The position numbers and the translations under genes are program-made. From Squalus acanthias (taxonomy: Eukaryota): a stretch of 64,000 nucleotides of DNA. The DNA lies in NCBI GenBank assembly GCA_030390025.1, contig JASTWF010000035.1:4340001-4404000 (forward strand). Reading direction: 5' to 3'. The notes beneath the pieces are model-generated. The model was not told where the DNA came from and did not search any database. It saw nothing but the letters and a program-made list of their open reading frames with translations. Shown here piece by piece: positions 27,471 to 39,930 of the stretch (positions within the stretch are counted from its first letter, which is position 1; each line of letters starts with the position of its first letter).

Positions 27471-30400
27471 AGCAGAACTACAAAGGTCACAATCTCTGGA
27501 TTATTACCGGAGCTACGAGCAAATTGGCATAGGGTCAATAGAATCAGGGAGATGAATGCGTGGCTCAAAGATTGGTGTGGGAGAAGTGGGTTTCAATTCG
27601 TGGGGCACTGGCATCAGTACTGGGGAAAGAGAGAGCTGTTCCGTTGGGACGGACTACACCTGAACCATGCTGGGACCAGAGTTCTAGCGAATCGAATAAC
27701 TAGGGAGGTAGATAGGGCTTTAAACTAAATAAGGGGGGGGGGGGAGGGTCCCAGTGGAGAGATCTAGAATGCGAAAGAGAAAAGACAAGGAAGCAGTGCA
27801 GGAAAGTGATTGGGGTAAGGATAACCAGATTGTGTCAGGAAGGGACAGAACGTACAAACAAAGGAGTGTACTAACAAATAGGGTCCGGGTAAGAAAAAAT
27901 GGTCATAAGACAAATAGGGCCATAGTACAAAAAAATGTTAAGATGTCTAAAAATGTTAAAAAGACAAATCTAAAGGCACTGTATCTGAATGCACGAAGCA
28001 TTTGTAATAAGGTAGACGAATTAACAGCGCAAATAGATGTAAACGGATACGATATAATTGCGATTACAGAGACATGGCTGCAGGGTGACCAAGGCTGGGA
28101 GCTGAATATCCAAGGATATTCGATATTTAGGAAGGACAGGCGAAAAGGAAAAGGAGGTGGGGTGGCCTTGTTAGTAAAGGATGAAATCAGAACAATAGTG
28201 AGAAAGGATATTGGCTCAGAAAATCAAGATGTAGAATCAGTCTAAGAAGCACCAAGGGGCAGAAAACATTGGTGGGAGTTGTCTATAGGCCTCCAAACAG
28301 TAGTGGTAATGTAGGGGATGGCATCAAACAGGAAATTAGAGATGCATGTAACAAGGGTACTACAGTAATCATGGGTGACTTTAATCTACATATAGACTGG
28401 CCAAACCAAATTAGCAATAATACTGTGGAGGATGAATTCCTGGAGTGTGTACGAGTTGGTTTTTTAGACCAGTACGTTGAGGAGCCAACTAGGGAACAGG
28501 CTATCCTAGATTGGGTATTGTGCAATGAGAAGGGGTTAATTAATAATTTTGTTGTGCGGGGTCCTTTAGGGAAGAGTGACCATAACATGATGGAATTCTT
28601 CATTAAAATGGAAAGTGAAGAAGTCCAATCCGAAACTAGGGTCCAAAATCGAAACAAAGGAAACTTTGTTGGCTATGATAGATTGGGGAGATTCATTAAA
28701 AGGCTTGATGGTGGATAGGCAATGGCTAACATTTAAGGAACGAATGCATGAATTGCAACAGTTATACATTCCTTTCTGGCGCAAAAACACAAAAGGAAAA
28801 GCGGCCCAACCATGGCTAACAAAAGAAATTAAGGATAGTATTAGATCCAAAGAGGAGTCATATAAAGTTGCCAGAAAAAGTAGCAAGCCTGAGGATTGGG
28901 AGCAGTTTAGAGTTCAGCAAAAAAGGACCAAGAGATTGATTAAGAGGGGAAAAATAGAGTATGAGAGTAAACTTGCAAGGAACATAAAAGTGGATTGTAA
29001 AAGCGTCTACAAGTATGTAAAAAGAAAAAGATTAGTGAAGACAAATGTAGGTCCCTTACAGTCAGAAACGGGAGAATTTATAATGGGAATAAGGAAATGG
29101 CAGAGAAATTAAACAAATACTTTGGTTCTGTCTTCACAGAAGAGGACACAAATAACTTCCCAGAAATGCTAGGGAACCAAGGGTCTAGTGAGAAGGAGGA
29201 ATTAAAGGAAATTAGTCTTAGTAAAAAAAATAGTGCTGGAGAAATTAATGGGACTGAAAGCTGATAAATCCCCAGGGCCTGATAATCTGCATCCCAGAGT
29301 ACTAAAAGAGGTAGCCATGGAAATAGTGGATGCATTGGTTGTCATCTTCCAAAATTCTATAGATTATGGAACAGTTCCTGCAGATTGGAGGGTGGCAAAT
29401 GTAACCCCACTATTTAAAAAAGGAGGGAGAGAGAAAACGGGGAACTACAGTCCGGTTAGCCTAACATCAGTAGTAGGGAAAATGCTAGAGTCTATTATAA
29501 AGGATGTGATAACAGGACACTTAGAAAATATCAACGGGATTACTCAAAGTCAACATGGATTTATGAAAGGGAAATCGTGTTTGACAAACCTACTGGAGTT
29601 TTTTGAGGATGTAACTGGTAGAATAGATAAGGGAGAACCAGTGGATGTGGTGTATTTGGATTTTCAGAAGGCCTTTGATAAAGTCCCACATAAGAGGTTA
29701 GTGTGCAAAATTAAAGCACATGGATTGGGGGTAATATACTGGCATGGATTGAAAATTGGTTAACAGACAGGAAACAGAGAGTAGGAATAAATGGGTCTTT
29801 TTCGGGGTGGCAGGCGGTAACTAGTGGGGTACCGCAGGGATCAGTGCTTGGGCCCCAGCTATTCACAATATATATCAATGATTTGGATGAGGGAACCAAA
29901 TGTAATATTTCCAAGTTTGCTGACGACACAAAACTCGGTGGGATTGTGAGTTGTGAGGAGGATGCAAAGAGGCTTCAAGGCGATTTAGACAAGTTGAGTG
30001 AGTGGGCAAATACATGGCAGATGCAGTATAACGTGGATAAATGTGAAGTTATCAACTTCGGTAGGAAAAACAGAAAGGTAGAGTATTATTTAAATGGTGA
30101 TAGATTGGGAAATGCTGATGTACAAAGAGACCTGGGGGTCCTTGTACACCAGTCACTGAAAGCAAACATGCAGGTGCAGCAAGCAGTGGAGGAGGAATTC
30201 CTAGAGTGTATACGGGATGGTTTCCTGGACCAATATGTCGAGGAACCAACTAGAGATCAGGCCATCTTAGACTGGGTATTATGTAATGAGACAGGATTAA
30301 TTAGCAATCTTGTTGTGCGAGGCCCCTTGGGGCGGCGCGATCATAATATGATCGAATTTTTCATTAAGGTGGAGAGTGAAGTAGTTGACTCAGAGACTAG

Positions 30401-33238
30401 GGTCCTGAATTTAAATAAAGGAAACTACGATGGTATGAGGCGCGAGTTGGCTAGGATGGATTGGGGAATGTTACTTAAAGGGTTGACGGTGGATAGGCAA
30501 TGGCAAACATTTAAACATCGCATGGATGAACTACAGAATTTGTTCATCCCTGTTTGGCATAAAAATAAAACAAAAAAGGTGACTCAACCGTGGCTAACAA
30601 GGGAAATTAGGGATAGCATAAGATCCAAGGAGAGGACATATAAATTGGCCAGAAAAAGCAGCAAACCTGAGGATTGGGAGCAGTTTAGGATTCAGCAAAG
30701 GAGGACAAGGGGATTAATTAAGAGGGGGAAAATAGAATATGAGAGTAAGCTTGCAGGGAACTTTAAAAACTGACTGTAAAAGCTTCTATAGATATGTGAA
30801 GAGAAAAAGATTGGTGAAGTCAAGCATAGGTCTCTTGCAGTCAGAATCAGGAGAATTTATAATGGGAAACAAAGAAATGGCAGACCAATTAAATACATAC
30901 TTTGGTTCTGTCTTCACAAAGGAGGACACAAATAAACTCGCAGAGATGTCGGGGAACATAGGGTCTAATGAGAGGGAGGAATTGAATGAAATCAGTATTT
31001 GTAGGGAAATGGTGTTAGGGAAATTGACGGGATTGAAGGCCGATAAATCCCCAGGGCCTGATAATCTACATCCTAGGGTACTTAAGGAAATGGCCCTAGA
31101 AATAGTAGATGCATTGCTGGTCATCTTTCAAAATTCTATGGACTGTGGAACAGTTCCCATGGATTGGAGGGTAGCTAATGTAACCCCACTATTTAAAAAA
31201 GGTGGTAGAGAAAAAACGGGGAATTATAGACCGGTAAGCCTGACATCGGTAGTGGGCAAAATGCTAGAGTCCATTATAAAAGATGTAACAGCAGAGCACT
31301 TGGAAAACAGTGACAGGATCGGACAAAGTCAACATGGATTTACAAAAGGTAAATCATGCTCGACTAATCTACTGGAATTTTTTGAGGATGTAACTGGTAG
31401 AATAGATAAGGGAGAACCAGTGGATGTGGTGTATTTGGACTTTCAGAAGGCTTTCGATAAGGTCCCGCATAAGAGATTAGCGAGCAAAGTTAAAGCACAT
31501 GGGATTGGGGGTAAGGTACTGATTTGGATAGAGAACTGGTTGGCAGACAGGAAGCAAAGAGTTGGAATAAACGGGTCTTTTTCCGAGTAGCAGGCAGTGA
31601 CTAGTGGGGTACCGCAGGGATCGGTGCTAGGACCCCAGCTATTCACAATATATATTAATGATCTAGACGAGGGAACTAGATGTAATATCTCTAAGTTTGC
31701 AGACGACACAAAGCTGGGTGGGCGTGTGTGCTGTGAGGAGGATGCAGAGAAACTCCAGCATGATTTGGACAGGTTGGGTGATTGGGCAGATGCATGGCAG
31801 ATGCAGTATAATGTGGATAAATGCGAGGTTATCCACTTTGGTGGCAAAAACAGAAAGACAGATTATTAGCTGAACGGCAATAGATTGGGAAAAAGGGAAG
31901 TGCAACGAGATCTGGGTGTCCTTGTGCACCAGTCGCTGAAGGTAAGCATGCAGGTGCAGCAGGCGGTTAAGAAGGCAAATGGTATGTTGGCCTTCATAGC
32001 GAGAGGATTCGAGTACAGGAGTAAGGATGTCTTGCTGCAGTTGTACAAGGCCTTGGTGAGACCGCACCTTGAGTATTGTGTGCAGTTTTGGTCGCCTTAT
32101 CTGAGGAAGGATGTTCTTGCCATGGAGGGAGTGCAGCGAAGATTTACCAGACTGATACCTGGGATGGCAGGAATGACGTATGAAGAGAGATTGGGTCGAT
32201 TAGGCTTATATTCGCTAGAGTTTAGAAGAATGAGAGGGGATCTCATTGAAACTTATAAAATTCTAACAGGACTAGACAGACTAGATGCAGGAAGGATGTT
32301 CCCAATGGCGGGGGTGTCCAGAACCAGGGGTCACAGTCTAAGGATAAGGGGTAAGCCATTTAGGACTGAGATGAGGAGGAATTTCTTCACCCAGAGAGTG
32401 GTGAACCTGTGGAATTCTCTACCACAGAAGGCAGCTGAGACCAATTCATTAAATATATTCAAGAAGGAGATAGATATATTTCTTAAGGCTAAAGGGATCA
32501 AGGGATATGGGGAGAAAGCAGAGACAGGGTACTGAATTTGGATGATCAGCCTTGATCTCATTAAATGGCGGAGCAGGCTCGAGGGGCCGAATGGCCTACT
32601 CCTGCTCCTATCAAGAGGATTTGAGTACAGGAGCAAGGATGTCTTACTACAGTTATACAGGGCCTTGGTGAGACCACATCTGGAGTACTGTGTGCAGTTT
32701 TGGTCTCCTTACCTAAGAAAGGATCTACTTGCCATAGAGGGAGTGCAGCGAAGGTTCACCAGACTGATTCCTGGGATGGCAGGACTGTCGTATGAAGAGA
32801 GATTGGGTCGACTAGGCCTGTATTCACTGGAGTTTAGAAGAATGAGAGGGGATCTAATTGAAACGTATAAAATTCTGACAGGGCTAGACAGACTGGATGC
32901 AGGGAGGATGTTTCCCCTGGCTGGGGGGCTCTAGAACGAGGGGTCACAGTCTCAGGATACAGGGTAGGACATTTAGGACTGAGAGGAGGAGAAATTTCTT
33001 CACTCAGAGGGTGGTGAACCTGTGGAATTCTCTACCACAGAAGGCTGTGGAGGCCAAGTCACTGAATATATTCAAGAAGGAGATAGATAGATTTCTAGAT
33101 ACAAAAGGCATCAAGGGTTATGGGGAGAGAGCGGGAATATGGTATTGAGATAGAGGATCAGCCATGATCATATTGAATGGCGGAGCAGGCTCGAAGGGCC
33201 GAATGGCCTACTCCTGCTCCTATTTTTCTATGTTTCTG
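27471..33238 (+). mobile_element. CR1 LINE 'B1' (ORF1 end, APE endonuclease, RT, 3'UTR), interrupted by C1
   Basis: DGLHLN (ORF1), YLNARS, ITETWL, YRPP, GDFN, SDH, QHGF, DFQKAFDKVPH, FADDTK; tail CCTACTCCTGCTCCTATTTTTCTATGTTTCT; several stops and frameshifts. Confidence 0.92.
30188..32611 (+). mobile_element. 5'-truncated CR1 'C1' nested in B1
   Basis: ORF 29844-30773 jumps from late RT (QVQQAV) back to EN (EEEFLECIRDG); B1 resumes at CAAGAGGATTT 32612 with ~32 bp of target lost (compare 60971-61030). Confidence 0.9.
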
Positions 33239-36200
33239 ATATGTCCTGCCACCTTCAGGGACCTATGCACATTAACTCCCAGCCTTCTATGTGGTACTTT
33301 GTCAAACGCCTTCCGAAAATCCATGTAGACAACATCCATTGCATTCCCTTCCTCAATTCTCCCTGTTACTTCATCAAAAAATTCAATTAGATTAGTCAAA
33401 CATGATCTGCCTTTTACAAATCCGTGTTGGCTCTCCTTAATTAGCTTAAACCTCTCCAAGTGCCTGTTAATTTTTTCCCTGATTATTGTTTCTAAAACCT
33501 TACCCACCACTGATGTTAAACTGACCGGCCTGTAGTTACTAGGATTGTCCTTACACCCTTTCTTGAACAATGGTGTCACATTTGCCACTTTCCAATCCTC
33601 TGGCACCTCCCCTGCATCTAGGGAAGATTGGAAAATTATGGCAAGCCCTTCCACTATCTCCTCCCCTAATTCCCTTAGCAACCTGGGATGCAAGCCATCT
33701 GGACCAGGCAACTTGTCCACTCTAAGCATACCCAGCCTTTCTAGTACATCCTGTCTATCAATTTTCACCCCTTCCATTGCTTCTACCTTTTCCACTTCTA
33801 CTGATATTTTGTCAGCATCCACCTCCTTAGTAAACACCGATACAAAGTACTCATTGAGTATTCTAGCCTTGCCCTGCGCCTCTAAGCATAGATCACCTTC
33901 TTTGTCCCTAATAGGCCACACCCCGCCTCTTACTACCCGCTTACTGTTTACATGCCGGTAGAAGATATTTGTGTTCCCTTTTATGTTAACCGCCATTCTA
34001 CTCTCATATTCTCTCTTTGCCAATCTTATTTTCATCTTCACTTCCCCTCTCAATTTATTGTATTTGGTCTGGTTCTCACTTGAAGAATTCGCCTGACATT
34101 CATCATACACCCTCTTTTTTTGTTTCTTCATCTTCTCTATCTCCCTCGTCATCCAAGGAGCCCTTGCTTTGGTTCCCTTACCCTTCCCTCTTGTTGGAAT
34201 GTACCTAGCCTGTACTTGGAACATCTCCTCCTTAAAGATCACCCATTGTTCCGTTACAGTTTTTCCTGTCAGTCTTTGGTTCCATTTTACCCTGGCTAGA
34301 TCCTTTCGCATCCCATTGAAGTTAGCCTTATTCCAGTTTAGAAGTTCCACTCTAGGTTGTTCCTTGCTCCTCTCCATTGCTAATCTAAATCTTATGATAC
34401 GTTGATCACTCGTACCCAAGTGTTCTCCCACAGACACTTGTTCGACCTGGCCCACCTCATTCCCCAGCACCAGATCCAGCAATGCCTCCTTCCTAGTTGG
34501 GCCAAGAACATACTGGTCAAGGAAATTCTCCTGAACATATTTCAGAAATTCCTCCCCCTCCTTTCCCTTTTGAATCGGTGCCTCCTGCCCCAGAACTGGT
34601 CCCAATTCCCCAAGAATCTGAAGCCTGCACCATGCCTCAAGCCCACGCATTGATCCTCCCTATCGTCCTATTTCTACTCTCGCTGGTGCGTGGCACTGGG
34701 AGTAATCCACAGATTACTACCTTTGAGGTCCTACTTTTTAACTTCCTCCCTAGCCCCTGAAAGTCTGACTGTAGGACCTCAATACCTGCCCTCTCTGTCA
34801 TTGGTACTGACATGTATGAAACTTCTGGCTCACTCCCTTCCCCCTGCAGAATATTCTGCACCCTCTCCGTCACTGAGCGGCTGCAGGACACTCTGAGGGG
34901 GGAGGGTGAACAGCCAGAGGTCGTTGTCCATATCGGTACCAATGACATAGGCAGAAAGAGGGTTGAGGTCCTACAGGCAGAGTTTAGGGAGCTAGGAAAG
35001 AGATTAAAAAGCAGGACCTCAAAGGTAGTAATCTCTGGATTACTCCCGGTGTCACGTGCTAGTGAGTACAGGAATAGGAGGATAGAACAGATGAATGCGT
35101 GGCTGGAGAGATGGTGCAGGAGGGAGGGCTTTAGATTCCTGAGGCATTGGGACCATTTCTGGGGAAGGCGGGACCTGTACAAGTCGGACGGGTTACACCT
35201 CAACAGAGCCGGGACCAATATTCTTGCATGGGAGGTTTGTTAGTGCTGTTGGGGAGGGTTTAAACTAGCTTGGCAGGGGGATGGGCACCAGCAAATAGGA
35301 GTAGAAAAGAGGAATAAGGCGCATAAAAGATTGATTGTGTTGGATAGTACTAGAGAAGAAAGTAGTGCTGGAGGCGGAAGTAGTACCATATTAGATAGGA
35401 GCAGACTAAGAAAGACTATAAAATTCAAAAATGGGTTTAGAATGTTTTTACGTAAACGCACAAAGTGTGGTGAATAAGGTTGGTGAACTACAAGCACAGT
35501 TAGCCGTGTGGCAATATGATGTTGTGGCAATAACGGAAACGTGGCTTAAAAGCGGTGAGGACTGGGCACTTAATATTCAAGGGTACAAGGTGTTCAGAAA
35601 AGATAGGGAAGGAAAAAAGGGAGGTGGGGTGGCAGTGCTGATTAAGGAAGACATTGTAGTGTTGGATAGGGAGGAAGTTCTTGAGGGGACAAGGACAGAA
35701 TCCATTTGGTTAGAGTTGAGAAGCAAAAAGGGTATGATCACGCTATTGGGGGTATTCTATAGGCCTCCAAATAGTGAGAGGGAGGTAGAGGAGCAAATCT
35801 GCAGGGAAATCGCAGAGATGTGCAAGAGCTATAGAGTGGTGATATTGGGGGACTTTAATTACCCAAATATCGATTGGGATAATGTTAGTGTAAAGGGAAA
35901 GGAGGGGGAGGAATTTCTGAAATGTGTTCAGGAGAATTTCCTTGACCAATATGTTCTTGGCCCAACTAGGAAGGAGGCATTGCTGGATCTGGCGTTGGGG
36001 AATGAGGTGGGCCAAGTCGACCAAGTGTCTGTGGGAGAACACTTGAATACGAGTGATCATCGTATCATAAGATTTAGATTAGTAATGGAGAGGAGCAAGG
36101 AACAATCTAGAGTGGAACTTCTAAACTGGAATAGGGCTAACTTCAATGGGATGCGAAAGGATCTAGCCAGGGTAAAGTGGAACCAAAGACTGACAGGAAA

Positions 36201-36256
36201 AACTGTAACAGAACAATGGGTGATCTTTAAGGAGGAGATGTTCCAAGTACAGGCTA

Positions 36257-36643
36257 ACATAAGAACATAAGAAATAGGAGCAGGAATAGGCCACTTGGCC
36301 CCTCGAGCCTGCTCCGCCATTCAATAAGATCATGGCTGATCTTGGTCTCAAAGCCACTTCCCCGCCCGCTCCCCATAACCCTTCACTCCCTTATCTTGCA
36401 AAAATTTGTCTATCTCCACCTTAAATGTATTTAATGACCCAGCCTCCACAGCTCTCTGGGGCAGAGAATTCCACAGATTTACGACCCTCTGAGAGAAGAA
36501 ATTCCTCCTCATCTCAGTTCTAAAAGGGCGACCCTTTATTCTAAAACTGTGCCCCCGCGTTCTAGATTTCCCCACGAGGGGAAACATCCTCTCTGCATCT
36601 TCCTTGTCGTGCCCCCTCAGTATCTTATATGTTTCAATAAGAT
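36257..36643 (-). mobile_element. Short CR1 3' fragment nested in A+
   Basis: TSD AGGCTA (36251-36256, 36644-36649); tail (TTCTTATG)n on minus strand. Confidence 0.92.
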
Positions 36644-36754
36644 AGGCTAGGTACATTCCAACAAGAGGGAAGGGTAAGGGAACCAAAGCAAGGGCTCCTT
36701 GGATGACGAGGGAGTTAGAGAAGATGAAGAAACAAAAAAAGAGGGTGTATGATG

Positions 36755-37016
36755 TGCGGGTTAGGTTGATTTGGCTATGATAAATTGACCCTTAGTGTTA
36801 GGGGGGGATTAAATATGTGGGGTTATGGGGATAGGATAGGATATGTTAGAGGGAATTAAATACGTGGGGTTACGGGGTTAGGGTGGGATATGTGTACTGT
36901 GGGGATTAAAGCAGGGACAGGGTACTGGACTTGGATGATCAGCCATGATCGTATTGAATGGTGGAGCAGGCTCGACGGGCCGAATGGCCTACTCCTGCTC
37001 CTAGATTCTATGTTTC
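36755..37016 (+). mobile_element. 5'-truncated HE1/V-SINE-like element with CR1-type tail, nested in A+
   Basis: Matches the 3' half of 43599-44029; flanked by TATGATG (36748-36754, 37017-37023). Confidence 0.88.
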
Positions 37017-37469
37017 TATGATGCATGTCAGGTGAATTTTTCAAGGAAGAACCAGAACAACTATAATAAGTTGAGAGGGGAAGTGAAGATGAAAATAAGA
37101 TTGGCTAAGAGAGAATATGAGAGTAGAATGGCGGTTAACATAAAAGGGAACCCAAATATCTTCTACCGGCATGTAAACAGTAAGCGGGTAGTAAGAGGTG
37201 GGGTGGGGCCTATTAGAGACAAAGAAGGTGATATATGCTTAGAGGCACAGGGCAAGGCTCGAATACTCAATGAGTACTTTGTATCAGTGTTTACTAAGGA
37301 GGTGGATGCTGACAAAATATCGGTAGAAGTGGAAAAGGTAGAAGCAATGGAAGGGGTGAAAATTGATAGACAGGATGTACTAGAAAGGCTGGGTATGCTT
37401 AGAGTGGACAAGTCGCCTGGTCCAGATGGCTTGCATCCCAGGTTGCTAAGGGAATTAGGGGAGGAGATA

Positions 37470-38103
37470 TCCTCCATTACAAGAGGATTTGAGTACAGGA
37501 GTAAAGAAGTCTTACTCCAATTATATAGGGCCTTGGTGAGACCACACCTGGAGTACTGTGTACAATTTTGGTCTCCTTACCTAAGGAAGGATATACTTGC
37601 CATAGTGGGAGTGCAACGAAGGTTCACGAGATTGATTCCTGGGATGGCGGGACTGTCGTATGAGAAGAGATTGAGTAAACTAGGCCTGTATTCTCTTGAA
37701 TTCAGAAGAATGAGAGGGGATCTCATTGAAGCATACAAAATTATTACAGGGCTTGATAGAATGGATGCTGGGAGAATGTTTCCCTTAGCTGGGGAGTCTA
37801 GAACCAGGGGCCACAGCCTCAGAATAAAGGGTAGGCCATTCAGGACTGAGATGAGAAGAAATTTCTTCACACAGAGGGTGGTGAATCTTTGGAATTCTCT
37901 ACCCCAGAAGGCTGTGGAGGCTCAGTCATTGGGTATATTCAAAACAGAAGTCGATAGATTTCTGACTAGTAAGGGCATCAAGGGATATGGCGGTAGGGCC
38001 GGTGAATGGAATTGAGGCAGAAGATCAGCCATGATCTCATGGAATGGCGGAGCAGGCTCGAAGGGCCGAATGGCCTACTCCTGCTCCTATTTCTTATGTT
38101 CTT
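37470..38103 (+). mobile_element. CR1 3' fragment nested in A+
   Basis: ORF switches from RELGEEI to RGFEYRSK; tail ATTTCTTATGTTCTT; host resumes AAGGGCTTGCC with ~4 bp deleted. Confidence 0.9.
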
Positions 38104-39639
38104 AAGGGCTTGCCATAATTTTCCAATCTTCCCTAGATGCGGGGAAGGTGCCTGAGGATTGAAAAGTGGCAAATGTGACACCATTGTTCAAGAAAGGGTG
38201 TAAGGACAATCTTAGTAACTACAGGCCGGTCAGTTTAACATCAGTGGTGGGTAAAGTTTTAGAAACAATAATCAAGGAAAAAATTAACAGGCACTTGAAG
38301 AAGTTTAAGCTAATTAAGGAGAGCCAACATGGATTTGTAAAAGGAAGATCGTGTTTGACTAATCTAATTGAATTTTTTGATGAAGTAACAGGGAGGATTG
38401 ATGAAGGGAATGCAGTGGATGTTGTCTACATGGATTTTCGGAATGTGTTTGACAAAGTACCACATTGAAGACTAGTTAACAAAATTGATCCTCATGGAAT
38501 AGGTGGGTCAGTGGCAGCTCGGATAAGGAATTGGCTTAAGGACAGAAAACAGCGAGTTGTGGTAAATGGCTGTTTTTCAGACTGGAGGATGGTAGACAGT
38601 GATGTTCCCCAACGGGTCAGTGCTGGGGCCACTGCTTTTTTTGATATATATAAATGACCTGGATATTGGAATACAGAGTAGAATTTCTAAATTTGCCGAT
38701 GACATCAAACGTGGGGGTGTGGCAAACAGTGAGGATGATACCAATCGACTGCAACAGGACATAGAAAGGCTAGCAGAATGGGCAGACAAGTGGCAGATAG
38801 AATTTAATACAGAGAAGTGTGAGGAGATGTATCTTGGCAGAAGGAACAGGGAGAGGCAATATACACTTAATGGCACAGTTTTAAAGAGTGTGCAGGGACA
38901 GAGGGACCTGAGAGTTAATGTGCATAGGTCCCTGAAGGTGGCGGGACATATTGAGAGAGTGGTTAACAAAGCATATGGGATCTTGGGCTTCATAAATAGA
39001 GGTATTGAGTACAAAAATAGAGAAGTTCTGTTGAACCTTTATTAAGTGCTGGTTAGGCCACAACTGGAGTAATGCGTCCAGTTCTGGTCACCACACTTTA
39101 GGAAAGATGTGAAGGCCCTTGAGAGGGTGCAGAGGAGATTTATCAGAATGGTTCCGGCGATGGGGGATCTTAGGTACAAGGACAGGTTGGAGAAGTTGGA
39201 TTTGTTTTCATTAGAGCAAAGGAGGTTGAGGGGTGATTTGATAGAAGTGTACAAGATTATGACGGGTTTGGATAGGCTAGATGGGGAAAGGCTGTTCCCA
39301 CTAGTTGATGGACCAAGGACTAGGGGACACAGATTTAAGGTTTTTGGGCAAGAGATACAGGGGGGATGTGAGGAAAAACTTTTTTACGCAGCGAGTGGTG
39401 AGGACCTGGAACTCGCTGCTGACGGAAGTGGTGGAGGCGGAGACACTCAATGTTTTCAAGAGGAGACTGGATAGGCACTTGAGGGAAATAAACTTGCAGG
39501 GCTACGGGGATAGAGCGGGGGAATGGGACTGACCGGATTGCTCTACAGAGAGCCGGCACGGACTCAATGGGCCGAATGGCCTCCTTCTGTGCCGTTATGA
39601 CTCTATCTTTCTCTTCAATATCTCATTCTTTGACTCAGC

Positions 39640-39725
39640 ATCCATTTTGTTTGATAATGCTCCTGTGAAGCGCTTTGGGACATTTTACTACATTGAAGGC
39701 GCTATATAAATACAAGTTGTTGTTG
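39640..39725 (+). mobile_element. L2-LINE/SINE-type 3' tail remnant
   Basis: CCTGTGAAGCGCTTTGGGACATTTTACTACATTGAAGGCGCTATATAAATACAAGTTGTTGTTG resembles recalled L2/DeuSINE 3' ends. Confidence 0.6.
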
Positions 39726-39930
39726 AGCAACACATGGAGTGGACTTCTCAATAGAATAAAGGGATCATTTAAGAACTATTTGGATGCTGCATGGACTGAG
39801 CTTATCTCTGGACAGGTGTCCTCCTTCATCTCTAATAACCTTGTGAAGCTCTGTGATTTATTGCTGAAGAGCAGAGAGGCTGAATCCCGTCAGGAGGTAG
39901 CGGACCTGAGAGGGAGCGAGAGAGAGAGCG

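Larger units (their letters stand above)
25962..34873 (-). mobile_element. CR1 LINE 'A-' in pieces (25962-25971, 26853-27470, 33241-34873), internally deleted, hosting the MITE and CR1 B1
   Basis: Tail TAGAGTCATA/GAGTTATACAGCAC split by the MITE; CTCTCTCAAT(27470) rejoins ATGTCCTGCC(33241), as in the 38940 copy; ORF 33220-34650(-) has EN-end and RT motifs; ORF1 esterase fragment ~34575-34873. Confidence 0.88.
34869..39606 (+). mobile_element. CR1 LINE 'A+' (ORF1 esterase half, ORF2, 3'UTR) with three nested insertions
   Basis: HIGTND and DGLHLN in ORF1; EN ORF 35431-36270; RT motifs 38166-39532; tail CCTCCTTCTGTGCCGTTATGACTCTAT. ORF2 peptide nearly identical to A-. Confidence 0.92.

Noticed and set aside
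29844..30773. Apparent novel RT-then-endonuclease domain order (also chimeric ORF 37032-38015)
   Set aside because: Chance in-frame junctions of nested CR1 insertions.
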